A stretch of DNA of 56,182 nucleotides, counting the filler, from Limisphaerales bacterium (GTDB lineage Bacteria; Verrucomicrobiota; Verrucomicrobiia; Limisphaerales; SIBE01): the NCBI GenBank assembly GCA_044225505.1. It is 5 parts of 5 records of this genome, joined end to end, with 100 filler letters (N's around TTAATTAATTAA, not from the genome) between each part and the next. Parts side by side here need not be neighbours in the genome. Positions count along the whole stretch, not along the records: positions 34,174 to 45,137 come from JBGAIN010000221.1; positions 45,238 to 56,182 come from JBGAIN010000222.1; 3 more parts are not named here. One strand, 5' to 3'. The notes below the pieces were generated by a model, which had not been told where the DNA came from, ran no database searches, and saw nothing but the letters and a program-made list of their open reading frames with translations. How positions within the stretch are numbered: position 1 is the stretch's first letter; each line of letters opens with the position of its first letter. Of this stretch, positions 40,930 through 50,051 are shown piece by piece. A program made the translations under genes and the position numbers.

Positions 40930-42114
40930 ATGAGAACATTTCAAACAGCTGTCGCGGTTTGGATGCTGAGTTCCGTTTTTGTTGCTTCCGCCGCCAATCA
41001 GAATTTGTTCCTTCCCAACGTGAGCGCCGGGACAGGATCTTTCTCGCCGACCTTTGCATCCACTGGAAGCACCGGCGTGACCAACCTGACGTTGCCTCCG
41101 GACGGTCGCCTGCAATTTACCACCATCACCATACCGCAGAATATCACCGTAAAATTCATCCGTAACGCGCTGAACACTCCGGTTTATTTGCTCGCGTCCG
41201 GCGATATCTCGATTGACGGTACCATCGAGGTCAACGGCGAGTCCGGCACGGACTCCCGAGGCGGCTTCGGCGGGCCCGGTGGATTCGATGGAGGCGCTCC
41301 CAGAGATAACCGGCCCGGGAGCGTCCCGGGCGATGGCTACGGCCCCGGGGCTGGGGCAGCTGTCGTTGGCGACAGGCTTGCCACTATAGGCCGAGCGGCC
41401 TATGGGACATTGCCGCAAGTTGCGCCTGCACCGGCCGATGGGCAGATCTACGGCACGCAACTACTGATGCCCTTGGCGGGCGGCTCGGGCGGTGGTGGCT
41501 ATAGTCTCGAAGCTTTCGCATCCGCCGGCGGCGGCGGCGGCGGCGGAGCCATTTTGATCGCGTCAAGTACCCGGATTCGACACAACGGCGCGGTGCGCGC
41601 TTGGGGTGGTGCTCCGAATGGTTCCGGAGGAGCCATTCGATTGTTAGCGCCCGCTATTGATGGTCAAGGTTTGCTAGACGTCACCGGCGGCGGAACCGCT
41701 GGACATGGACGGATTCGATGCGATTTGATCGAGCGCAGCAGCTTCGCCCTGGTCTTTGTGCCAGCCTCCGCTCCGGTAACGACGGACCAATTCTTGGCCC
41801 TGACTACTCCCCCCGCGGATGTGCCAACTCTGCGAATCGTGCGGGTCGGCAACCAGACCATTCCATCCAACGCGGACGCGGGCTACACCGTTCTTCTGTC
41901 TCCTCTTAACACCCCCCTCCGGCAGGATGTCGTGATCGAAGCCTCGGGATTCAATGCATCCGTCCCGATTGCAATTAAACTGACACCGGTGACGGGTGTT
42001 TCATCCATTACCGAGGCCACGATCAACAATGGGGCGATCAATCCGGCCCGGGTTACCAACTCACTTCCGTTCCCAGGGAATGTCCCAATCACGGTCAGCG
42101 TGTGGACGCGGTAA
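40930..42114 (+). CDS. Secreted glycine-rich protein
   Basis: Signal peptide; STGSTG, LPPDGRLQFTTITIP, GGPGGFDGG, GGSGGGG, GGGGGGAILIAS, GSGGAIRL. Confidence 0.75.
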   Translation: MRTFQTAVAVWMLSSVFVASAANQNLFLPNVSAGTGSFSPTFASTGSTGVTNLTLPPDGRLQFTTITIPQNITVKFIRNALNTPVYLLASGDISIDGTIEVNGESGTDSRGGFGGPGGFDGGAPRDNRPGSVPGDGYGPGAGAAVVGDRLATIGRAAYGTLPQVAPAPADGQIYGTQLLMPLAGGSGGGGYSLEAFASAGGGGGGGAILIASSTRIRHNGAVRAWGGAPNGSGGAIRLLAPAIDGQGLLDVTGGGTAGHGRIRCDLIERSSFALVFVPASAPVTTDQFLALTTPPADVPTLRIVRVGNQTIPSNADAGYTVLLSPLNTPLRQDVVIEASGFNASVPIAIKLTPVTGVSSITEATINNGAINPARVTNSLPFPGNVPITVSVWTR

Positions 42115-42361
42115 TCACGTTGCCGAAGTTCGGCTGAGTCGCCTCGCTTTAGGAACTTCTAGACCCGGCACAAGGGCAATCGAGGCGTGGGAACTCCCGT
42201 GGAGAGGCCTACCGTAAAAGTGCTTCAAGGCGTCGCTGTAACATTCCAGAAGATTTCCTGTGGTAACAGGTGGCGAGGAATCGCCGAACCAGCAGCGAAA
42301 CAACTCTATAATGCTTAATAAACGGACCTGACCAGGTCTCCTGACAGAACGAAAGAACGAT

Positions 42362-43132
42362 ATGCAACACTCCCATTCGCAAATAACTCTGAACCGGCCC
42401 GCGACCAAGCCTGCGCGTAAATCCGCCTGGACTGCCCGGCTGTGCCTCCTTGCGATCGGCGCCGCTGTCCCGATTAGTTCGACCGCGTTCGCTCAGTCTG
42501 AAACCACTGCAACCGAATGTGAAAAAGTGGCGGGCGCGTTCGCCACCAACTTTATTGCCCAGGATCAAACGGCAGGGACTGCCACCGGCGATTTGAAGGG
42601 GGCGCTTGGGGTCAAAATCCTCTCGTTGACCGGGGAGGTCGGAAACGGAAAGCCCGTTACTGGCAAAGCGCAGCATTTTTGGGTGACCGAGACGGGCGAC
42701 ACGATTTACAGCTCGGAAGTCGTCGCTGAATTTTATCCCAGTGCGAGTCCCAGCCAGCCGACGCTGTATGCGTTGGTTGAGCAAGAAGTAAAAATCACGG
42801 GAGGCACGGGCAGATTTGACGGAGCTTCTGGCAGCTTGAAAGTCTGGGGTGGCGCCGATTTCGCCGCTGGACAGGCGGTGGGGCGCTATTCCGGCACGAT
42901 CTGTTTCAAAGTCCCAACCCCGCCTAAGGTCACGGCGAGTTCCGTGCAGGATGGCCAGTTCCGATTTCAAGTCCAGGCCGTCGGAGCACGTGAAGTGGTT
43001 GCGGAAACATCCTCCAACATGAAGGACTGGGAGAAACTCGCCGCCAAGGCGCCGGTCGACGGTTTGGCCGAGTTCAGCGAAGCGAACGTGGCCACGCAGG
43101 CCCAGCGATTCTACCGAGCAAAGGGACAATAA
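42362..43132 (+). CDS. Secreted protein with dirigent/allene-oxide-cyclase-like barrel and FYR tail
   Basis: Signal peptide ending AFA; ITGGTGRFDGASG; C-terminal ETSSNMKDW...RFYRAK. Confidence 0.65.
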   Translation: MQHSHSQITLNRPATKPARKSAWTARLCLLAIGAAVPISSTAFAQSETTATECEKVAGAFATNFIAQDQTAGTATGDLKGALGVKILSLTGEVGNGKPVTGKAQHFWVTETGDTIYSSEVVAEFYPSASPSQPTLYALVEQEVKITGGTGRFDGASGSLKVWGGADFAAGQAVGRYSGTICFKVPTPPKVTASSVQDGQFRFQVQAVGAREVVAETSSNMKDWEKLAAKAPVDGLAEFSEANVATQAQRFYRAKGQ

Positions 43133-43474
43133 CCGCCGTTGCCCATTTCCGACGACGATACCCGATCGACAGGGCAAATGTTACGGGCCTGGGCAGGCCA
43201 AGCCAGGGGCAACCGACCACAGCCTGGCGCGTTGCCGAAGCTAGAAAAGAGCGCGACTGTGTTATCGGCGTAAAGCCGAGCACAGTCGAAGTTCTTTGAG
43301 AGGGTTCAGTGTTCGTTGACGGGACGATGCTCAATGATTTGGTGCGGCGGTTTTGTAAAGGAGTTTGCGTATGTGGTTTTTCTTTTTGGTTTTTGTTTGC
43401 TGTCGTTGAGATTTCCAAAGCCTCCCGCAGCGAGCTAAAACGAGCAAGGGGGGCAGGCTGCGAACCCACAGCTT

Positions 43475-43986
43475 GCGTCCAGTCCCGCCGCTTGAGTTCT
43501 TCGTTCACGATCCGCCGCCTCTTTTGCTCCCCTGTTTCCTGCCGCTCCGCTCCGTATTGATTGCCTCTCGCCTGGGCGTGCGCGGCTTCCAGCAATTCCT
43601 GCCGAAACTCTTCGTCCCCCAGATACCATCCCCGCCGCACCCCCTTCCATTCCTCTCCGGTGACCTCCAGGTGGCGCTCTTCCATCCTCCGCTCAGACTG
43701 CTTTCGACTCACCGGACTGTCCTTGGGGATCCCCATCTCACCTAACAACCGCTCCACGCGCAGCCAAGGCGGACGCCGGCTTGTTGACTTCAAGTATTGG
43801 ACATAATTGCTCCACGGATATTCCCGAAGCTTTTGTTCCCCACTGAGCAACTTGCCTCGCACCGGATTCAAATGGGCGTAGTCGCAGACCGTCTTTAAAT
43901 AACCATCGCCGCTGCCGTCCACGCTCAGCGATTTGTAACGTCCGCTGAACGAATGCCCAGAATTGGATGCGCAGCGGGCGGGGCAA
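43475..43986 (-). pseudogene. REP-associated tyrosine transposase (RAYT/Y1), internally deleted and 3'-truncated
   Basis: TTG-PRPLRIQF joined out of frame to GHSFSGRYKS...YLKTVCDYAHLNPVR...YPWS; HUH region absent; palindrome GTGTCA-N11-TGACAC at 44016-44038 upstream. Confidence 0.8.
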
Positions 43987-44075
43987 TCGGACGACTCCGA
44001 TCTTGTCGAACCTCTGTGTCATTAGTGAGGACTGACACCTTCTCGCGTGAAGATGGAACTACTGTCACTTTGCGT

Positions 44076-44104
44076 TTGGATAAACGAACCGGCCGTCGTA
44101 TATT
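44076..44104 (+). promoter_or_regulatory. Putative sigma70 (Pc-like) promoter upstream of cassette
   Basis: TTGGAT, 17 bp, TATATT. Confidence 0.45.
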
Positions 44105-44167
44105 GGAAAAACGGCGGCTGAAAGTGAACAGCTTACGCAGGCAAAGGTCGGCGATTCCCGGCTTTCA

Positions 44168-44201
44168 ATAAACGAACCAACCGTCGGATAATCGGTTAGG
44201 C
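44168..44201 (+). mobile_element. attI-like site (R' core GTTAGGC) with upstream direct repeat
   Basis: ATAAACGAACCaaCCGTCGgATAatcgGTTAGGC; near-copy ATAAACGAACCggCCGTCGtATA at 44080; core lies 14 bp before the GNAT ATG. Confidence 0.5.
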
Positions 44202-44215
44202 GGCTAAGCACGTCC

Positions 44216-44647
44216 ATGATCCAGATACGACAGTGTCGAGCTGAGGATTTTAAAGATGTTTTGCCGTTGCTGCGCCAGCTTTGGCCCGACAAACCGCTGG
44301 ACCGAGCATCACTGCAGACCGTGTTCGGGCGGGCTCTAGCTTCTGAGCTGCAGTTGTATTTGTGTGCGACCGAGAGTCAGAAAATTGTTGGCTTCGGTTC
44401 GCTCACCCTGAAGAACAACCTATGGCAAGAGGGCTATTTGGCTCACATTGATGAGTTGATTGTCGATATCGCCTATCGGGGGCGAGGTATCGGCGCGTTG
44501 CTATTGGATCGACTGCTTGTAGAAGCCACCGAGAGAGGGTGTCGCCGAGTGGAGTTGGATTCCGCCTTTCACAGGAAGCAAGCACACCAGTTTTACGAGC
44601 AACGCGGTTTTCTGAATCGTGCATTCCTGTTTTCTAGGGAGCTATGA
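44216..44647 (+). CDS. GNAT family N-acetyltransferase (gene cassette)
   Basis: IDELIVDIAYRGRGIG, RVELDS, AHQFYEQRGF; flanked by GTTAGGC and attC. Confidence 0.9.
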   Translation: MIQIRQCRAEDFKDVLPLLRQLWPDKPLDRASLQTVFGRALASELQLYLCATESQKIVGFGSLTLKNNLWQEGYLAHIDELIVDIAYRGRGIGALLLDRLLVEATERGCRRVELDSAFHRKQAHQFYEQRGFLNRAFLFSREL

Positions 44648-44654
44648 CCACGCC

Positions 44655-44744
44655 GCCTGACCATCGGGTGGAGGCAACCGCCGGATCCGCACCCGTTCTG
44701 TCATGGAGCGTTTGGTCGGCGGTGCCTCACCCGTGTCGTTGACA
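44655..44744 (+). mobile_element. attC site
   Basis: R'' GCCTGAC (one mismatch to the complement of upstream GTTAGGC); arm CGGGTG-G-AGGCA-A-CCGCCG pairs with CGGCGGTGCCTCACCCG leaving two extrahelical bases; R' GTTGACA; 90 bp. Confidence 0.78.
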
Positions 44745-45137
44745 ATCGCAAGATGACTACCACGGACCGTCTCCTCGATGTGGGGAAAAGAAGGCAGTGG
44801 GGTCGTATCTAAAGAGGCAGATTCCGGTGAAAAGAGATAGGTTTTTCAGCAGGAGTTTGAGGCTTGCAGAAACCGGTCGTGGAGGTCGGTTGCGGGATCG
44901 GCTACCGTGGATACTACGAGGAGGAACGAAACGCTCAGAAGGGAGATCGCTCAGATCCGGCCTTGGGACGCCGGGACACGGTTGGACGTCGATCTTTAGC
45001 GCGGGGACCAACTTCTCTCTTGCGTCAGTCTGGCGTGGTGGCCTGCACTTGACCTGCCGCGACTAACAGCGCCTGCCGGATTGTCCAAGCTTCCCGGCGC
45101 AACCACCGTTTTACGTTGCAGGCTGCGCCAATAAAGT

Positions 45138-45237
45138 NNNNNNNNNNNNNNNNNNNNNNNNNNNNNNNNNNNNNNNNNNNNTTAATTAATTAANNNNNNN
45201 NNNNNNNNNNNNNNNNNNNNNNNNNNNNNNNNNNNNN
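45138..45237. other. Artificial contig linker
   Basis: N44-TTAATTAATTAA-N44. Confidence 0.98.
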
Positions 45238-45597
45238 AAGGCCGCCGCCACCGCGATGCAGCAGATTCTTATCGACATCGCCCGGCGCAAGCAGCGACTG
45301 AAACACGGCGCTAACCAGGCCGCGGAGGAACTGCACGAGTCCCGCATCGCCGTGGCCGTGCCGTCGGAGGAATTGCTAGCGGTGAACGAAGCGCTGGCCG
45401 CCCTGGCGCTCGAAGATCCTCAGGCGGCGGAAGTGGTTCAGATGCGCTACTTCGTCGGCATGACGGTTCCAGAAATTGCCAATGCCCTCGGCCTCGCTCC
45501 CCGCACGGTGGACCGGCATTGGGCCTTCGCCCGCGCCTGGTTGAAGCGCACGATTCGGTCGTCGCTTTCCGGTTCGGCGGGTTCGGACCAAAAGTAG
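45238..45597 (+). CDS. ECF sigma factor, TIGR02999 type (5'-truncated)
   Basis: AAATAMQQILIDIARRK, LLAVNEAL, VVQMRYFVGMT, TVDRHWAFARAWL; directly upstream of Ser/Thr kinase. Confidence 0.9.
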   Translation, partial: KAAATAMQQILIDIARRKQRLKHGANQAAEELHESRIAVAVPSEELLAVNEALAALALEDPQAAEVVQMRYFVGMTVPEIANALGLAPRTVDRHWAFARAWLKRTIRSSLSGSAGSDQK

Positions 45598-45607
45598 TCC
45601 CAAATCT

Positions 45608-45639
45608 GGTGGCGTGTTTGACGCCGAAATATCGCCTTG
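45608..45639 (+). promoter_or_regulatory. Putative ECF promoter, copy 1
   Basis: GGTGGCGTG-N16-CGCCTTG upstream of kinase start 45686. Confidence 0.6.
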
Positions 45640-45685
45640 TTGGAGCATGGTCGCCAGCACGGACTCCAACTGAAATGATTGCACT

Positions 45686-48600
45686 GTGACCGAACGGGAA
45701 ATCTTCCTTGAAGCCCTGGAAAGGACCACACCCGAGGCGCGTGCGGCCTACGTGGAGAGAGCCTGCGCCCGGGATTTGACACTCCGCCGCAAAGTGGAAG
45801 AGCTGCTGGAGGAACATTTTTCCAACGACGGTCTGCTCGCGGGTTCCGCCCTGGAGCGGGAACGGCTTGGCATTGTCGAAGCCCCAGCCTTGGAAGCGCC
45901 CGCCCACATGATAGGCCGCTACAAACTGCTCGAAAAGATTGGCGAGGGCGGTTTCGGTGAAGTCTGGATAGCCGAACAACGCGAGCCGGTCAAACGTCGC
46001 GTCGCGCTCAAGATCATCAAGCTGGGAATGGACAGCCGGCAGATCGTGGCGCGGTTTGAGGCCGAGCGGCAGGCGCTCGCGCTGATGGACCACGCGCACA
46101 TCGCGAAGATTTTTGACGCGGGCACGACGGACGCCGGTCGTCCCTATTTCGTCATGGAACTGGTGCCTGGGATCAAGATTACAGAGTTTTGCGATCAGAA
46201 ACAGTTGCCTACCCGCGAACGGCTGAGATTGTTCATCTTGGTTTGTCACGCCATTCAACACGCCCATCAAAAGGGGATCATCCATCGCGACATCAAGCCC
46301 TCAAACATTCTTGTCACATTGCACGATGGCGTGCCGGTTCCGAAGGTGATCGACTTTGGCATCGCCAAGGCCACTCAGGTCGAACTCACCGACAAGACCG
46401 TGTTCACTCAGTTCCACCAGTTTATCGGCACGCCGGCTTACATCAGCCCCGAACAGGCAGATATGAGAGGCCTGGACATCGACACGCGAGCGGATATCTA
46501 CAGCCTCGGCGTGCTGCTCTACGAATTGCTGGTAGGCCAAACGCCGTTTGATGCGAAGGAAATGATGCAGGGCGGCCTCGACGCCATGCGCAAAACCATT
46601 CGCGAGAAAGAGCCACTGCGTCCGAGCACGCGATTAACGCAGGCGCTGGTCGCCGCCGAGGTTACGACGCGGACGCCTCGAGGTGCCGAGGAATCCGCCT
46701 CCTCACTTCGGCGGCTCCAGGAAGAGTTGCACCAACTCAAGGGTGATCTGGATTGGATCGTGATGAAGTGTCTGGAGAAGGACCGAACCCGAAGATACGA
46801 AACAGCCAACGGGCTCGCCGCGGACATTCAGCGGCACATAAACGACGAGCCCGTTGTCGCGCGCCCTCCCAGTGCGGCCTACCGATTTCAGAAGGCGTGG
46901 CAGCGGAACCGAGTCGCATTCTCGGCTGGGGCTGCTGTCGCCGCGGCGTTACTCGTGGGTACTGGCGTCAGCATTTGGCAAGCGATCCGGGCCACCGATG
47001 CGAGTTACTCGGCGCGAAGAGCGAATGCGAGCGAGAAGGAGCAGCGCCTTGCAGCCCAATCCGCCCAGGCGCTATCACGTCGATTTCTCTACGCCGCCGA
47101 AATGAATCTCGCCCAGCAGGCTTTAAAGGTGAACAACCTCGGGCGAGCGCGTCGATTGCTCGACCGGCACCGGCCGCAGCCCGGCGAGGAGGACCTTCGC
47201 GGATGGGAGTGGCGTTATCTCTGGCAACTGACCCGCGGTAGCGCCCCTGTCACGCTCACGAACCGGCCGACGCAAGCCTTCTCCGTCAGCTTTTCACCGG
47301 ACGGTAGGAGACTGGCGGTGGGATGGTGGGACGGGCGAGTGGACTTATGGGATGTTTCGACCAGGCGATGCGTCCGACCCTTGACGGAAAGCGAGCTTCC
47401 CCACCCGTCACGCGTGGCCTTTTCCCCGGCGCGGAATCTTCTGGCTGCCACATCTGGACCCAGTGCAATTACTCTATATGACCTCGAATCTGGCCGGGAA
47501 TCGATGCTCTGGCGGGTAACCGACCAGGGCGGTTGGGACATTCGTGACCTGGCGTTTTCGCAAGATGGTTCCAGATTGGTCATTTACGGTGGATCAAACC
47601 CCGAAAAGGGCGACGCGGTCTGGGTCGTAGATGTCGCCTCCCGCCGGGTTGAGGGTCCCTTTCCGGCCGGGCGCAGCCCGAAGGGGTGGACGCATATCGG
47701 AGCGGCCCGACTTTCCCCTGACAATCGGCGTCTATATCAAGTCCGGACTGACGCTTGGGATGGTCGTATCCAGTGTATCGACCTCGACACTAGCCAGGAA
47801 CTCTGGAAATCCGATATGCAAAATGCCCCGCTCATCGCGATGGACATCTCGCCGGACGGGCGAGTGCTGGCTTCGGCTTCGGGATTTACAGACACGCAAA
47901 TCCAGATCTGGGATACTGCCACCGGTGGCCTTCTCAAACGACTTGAGGGCCACACCGCCTCGGTTATCGATATGGCGTTTACCAGGGACGGACGACGGTT
48001 GATCTCCGCTGGAGCCGACCAAACCATTCGCTTCTGGGAAACGAACACCTGGACCGAAACCCAGGTGCTGCGCGGCCACACTCACGAAGTTTGGGCCATC
48101 GCGACGTCAGAGGCGGCACACCTCATCGCCAGTACGGACAAGGACGGAAGCCTCATGTTGTGGCGAATGGATGAGAAGCGCGTTGCCGACAGTTATCGGC
48201 GTTTGTCGGACAGGCTTGGGGATGATGATATCTATCCGCTGGACGGCTCGCGCGTGTTGTTGCTCCCCCCGGGTCAACCGCCCGAGGTGGTGGATCTCAA
48301 CCGCCACTCCCCTCCGTCGCCGTTGCTCGGGATTGGATCTTCGGACAATGTCCTGGGCTGTTTTGGCACGAACCTGCTTGGCGTTTGGAACAATATCCAC
48401 GACCCGCTCGGCGCCGATCTCCTCAGCAATGGTTCGTTCAGCAACGGCTTGACCGGGTGGGCTGCCGAGCAACATGACAACGCCCGCGCCTCGTTCGCGA
48501 GGACCTTTGAGTTCACTAACAACCAGCCGGCAGTCAAAGTTTCAGTCACCAACGCAGGCACCACCGACTGGTGCATCCAGCTCAATTATCCCAACCTCAC

Positions 48601-49792
48601 ACTGGCTTCGAACTTGGTATACACCATCTCGTTCGCCGCTAAAGCCAGCCCCGCTACCAACGCCATGGTTGCCGTCACGCAAGCTCAACCGGACTGGCTC
48701 GACCTTGGCTACTACCGTTCCTTGAACCTCACTCCCCATTGGCAAGGGTTCACCAACACTTTCCAACCCTCCACTAGCGATAGCCGCGCCCGCCTTAATT
48801 TCCGTTCGATGGGAAACAAACTTGCCACCTTTTGGTTTGCTGATGTGCGCCTGCAAGCCGGCACCATCCGGACCAACCAGATCCTCGTCGGCGAGTTGCG
48901 CGGTGCGGAGTTCGTTCAGCACGAAGCCATCACGCTCGACTCTAGCATGCGCCCAACTGGCTTGGCCTACAACCGCGCACGCCGGCTCCTGGCGTGGAGC
49001 GAAGGAACTTCCTCGAGGTCTGTCCACCTCGCCAACCTCGGGTCGGCTGGCCGTCGCATTGAACTGACGAATGATGTTCCAGGGCTCTTACCCCTCCGGT
49101 TCAGTGACGACGGGAAGCACCTGGCAGTGGCGAAGGAGCCAGAAACCCTGCGAGTCTGGAATGTCGAGACCAGGCAAATTGTAGCATCTATCAACCAGAC
49201 CTTCAGCGGGATCGCCCGCACCAGTGGATGGCCAGACTTGGCCTGCTTTGCGGCGAACGGACGTGTTCTGGTCGTGGGGATTCTTCAAAGAGTTCACAAT
49301 CAGATCGCCTTTTACGATTTAGACCGCCCAGGCCAAGCGCCGCGGCTTGTTTCGGGAGGGTTTTTCGAAGAGCAACTGGCGGTTTCACCCAACGGCGAAT
49401 TTGTGGCTGGATCCTCATTTGGGAATGCAGTTCTGTTATTCGATGCCGCAACAGGCAACTTGATTCGGGCCTTCCAAGGGCATCTGGAAACCGTTGCAGG
49501 CCTCGCCTTCTCCCCGGATGGACGTCGATTGTTTTCTACCAATCACGGGCGGGAAACCGTCAAGCTTTGGGACGTCAGCACAGGTCAGGAGCTGCTGACC
49601 TTACCTGGCGCCGACACGCATCCGCGTAAGGCTCGATGGAGCGTCGATGGGAATGTGATCCTGGTCGGCTCGCCGTGGCAGGCCTGGAGCGCGCCCTCCT
49701 GGGAAGAAATCGAAGCGATGGAGGCGGTGGATCCGCCTTCGTCAGACTTGGGCGAGCAAGGAAAGAAGAAGGCGCCGAGCCATAAGCCCTGA
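45686..49792 (+). CDS. Ser/Thr protein kinase with TM helix, WD40 repeats and inserted CBM4_9-like domain
   Basis: IGEGGFG, VALK, HRDIKPSN, DFG, GTPAYISPE; TM; RGWEWRYL; WD40 (FSPDG, GHT..., KLWD); LLSNGSF...FWFADVRL. Confidence 0.9.
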   Translation: MTEREIFLEALERTTPEARAAYVERACARDLTLRRKVEELLEEHFSNDGLLAGSALERERLGIVEAPALEAPAHMIGRYKLLEKIGEGGFGEVWIAEQREPVKRRVALKIIKLGMDSRQIVARFEAERQALALMDHAHIAKIFDAGTTDAGRPYFVMELVPGIKITEFCDQKQLPTRERLRLFILVCHAIQHAHQKGIIHRDIKPSNILVTLHDGVPVPKVIDFGIAKATQVELTDKTVFTQFHQFIGTPAYISPEQADMRGLDIDTRADIYSLGVLLYELLVGQTPFDAKEMMQGGLDAMRKTIREKEPLRPSTRLTQALVAAEVTTRTPRGAEESASSLRRLQEELHQLKGDLDWIVMKCLEKDRTRRYETANGLAADIQRHINDEPVVARPPSAAYRFQKAWQRNRVAFSAGAAVAAALLVGTGVSIWQAIRATDASYSARRANASEKEQRLAAQSAQALSRRFLYAAEMNLAQQALKVNNLGRARRLLDRHRPQPGEEDLRGWEWRYLWQLTRGSAPVTLTNRPTQAFSVSFSPDGRRLAVGWWDGRVDLWDVSTRRCVRPLTESELPHPSRVAFSPARNLLAATSGPSAITLYDLESGRESMLWRVTDQGGWDIRDLAFSQDGSRLVIYGGSNPEKGDAVWVVDVASRRVEGPFPAGRSPKGWTHIGAARLSPDNRRLYQVRTDAWDGRIQCIDLDTSQELWKSDMQNAPLIAMDISPDGRVLASASGFTDTQIQIWDTATGGLLKRLEGHTASVIDMAFTRDGRRLISAGADQTIRFWETNTWTETQVLRGHTHEVWAIATSEAAHLIASTDKDGSLMLWRMDEKRVADSYRRLSDRLGDDDIYPLDGSRVLLLPPGQPPEVVDLNRHSPPSPLLGIGSSDNVLGCFGTNLLGVWNNIHDPLGADLLSNGSFSNGLTGWAAEQHDNARASFARTFEFTNNQPAVKVSVTNAGTTDWCIQLNYPNLTLASNLVYTISFAAKASPATNAMVAVTQAQPDWLDLGYYRSLNLTPHWQGFTNTFQPSTSDSRARLNFRSMGNKLATFWFADVRLQAGTIRTNQILVGELRGAEFVQHEAITLDSSMRPTGLAYNRARRLLAWSEGTSSRSVHLANLGSAGRRIELTNDVPGLLPLRFSDDGKHLAVAKEPETLRVWNVETRQIVASINQTFSGIARTSGWPDLACFAANGRVLVVGILQRVHNQIAFYDLDRPGQAPRLVSGGFFEEQLAVSPNGEFVAGSSFGNAVLLFDAATGNLIRAFQGHLETVAGLAFSPDGRRLFSTNHGRETVKLWDVSTGQELLTLPGADTHPRKARWSVDGNVILVGSPWQAWSAPSWEEIEAMEAVDPPSSDLGEQGKKKAPSHKP

Positions 49793-49964
49793 ATACCTTT
49801 AAAAGGTCATTTCGTTACAGATCTTCTCTCTCGTTAGTGGGCCTTCAACTTCGCTCAGGCCGAGAGACCGATTCCGCCCGGTCCGTGACAAACCCTTGGG
49901 AATGTAAACTCGCGGAAACTGTTCAAGAAATCTCCTTTCTCCCCCAAAAAAAGATTTCAAGACC

Positions 49965-49996
49965 GGTGGCGTGATTGCGCGGCGGAAAACGCCTTG
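49965..49996 (+). promoter_or_regulatory. Putative ECF promoter, copy 2
   Basis: GGTGGCGTG-N16-CGCCTTG upstream of ATG 50052. Confidence 0.6.
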
Positions 49997-50051
49997 GACC
50001 GGTGACACCTCAAATCCAGATTCCCGTATCTCGAACGCACAATTGAAAATT

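Noticed and set aside
43165..43230. ACAGGGCAAA as possible c-di-GMP-I riboswitch
   Set aside because: Lacks the GNRA/receptor stem and GACGCAAA element; not upstream of an intact gene
43074..43474. C-terminal extension of the 282-aa RAYT ORF
   Set aside because: Read-through into non-coding DNA after similarity ends; overlaps the convergent gene
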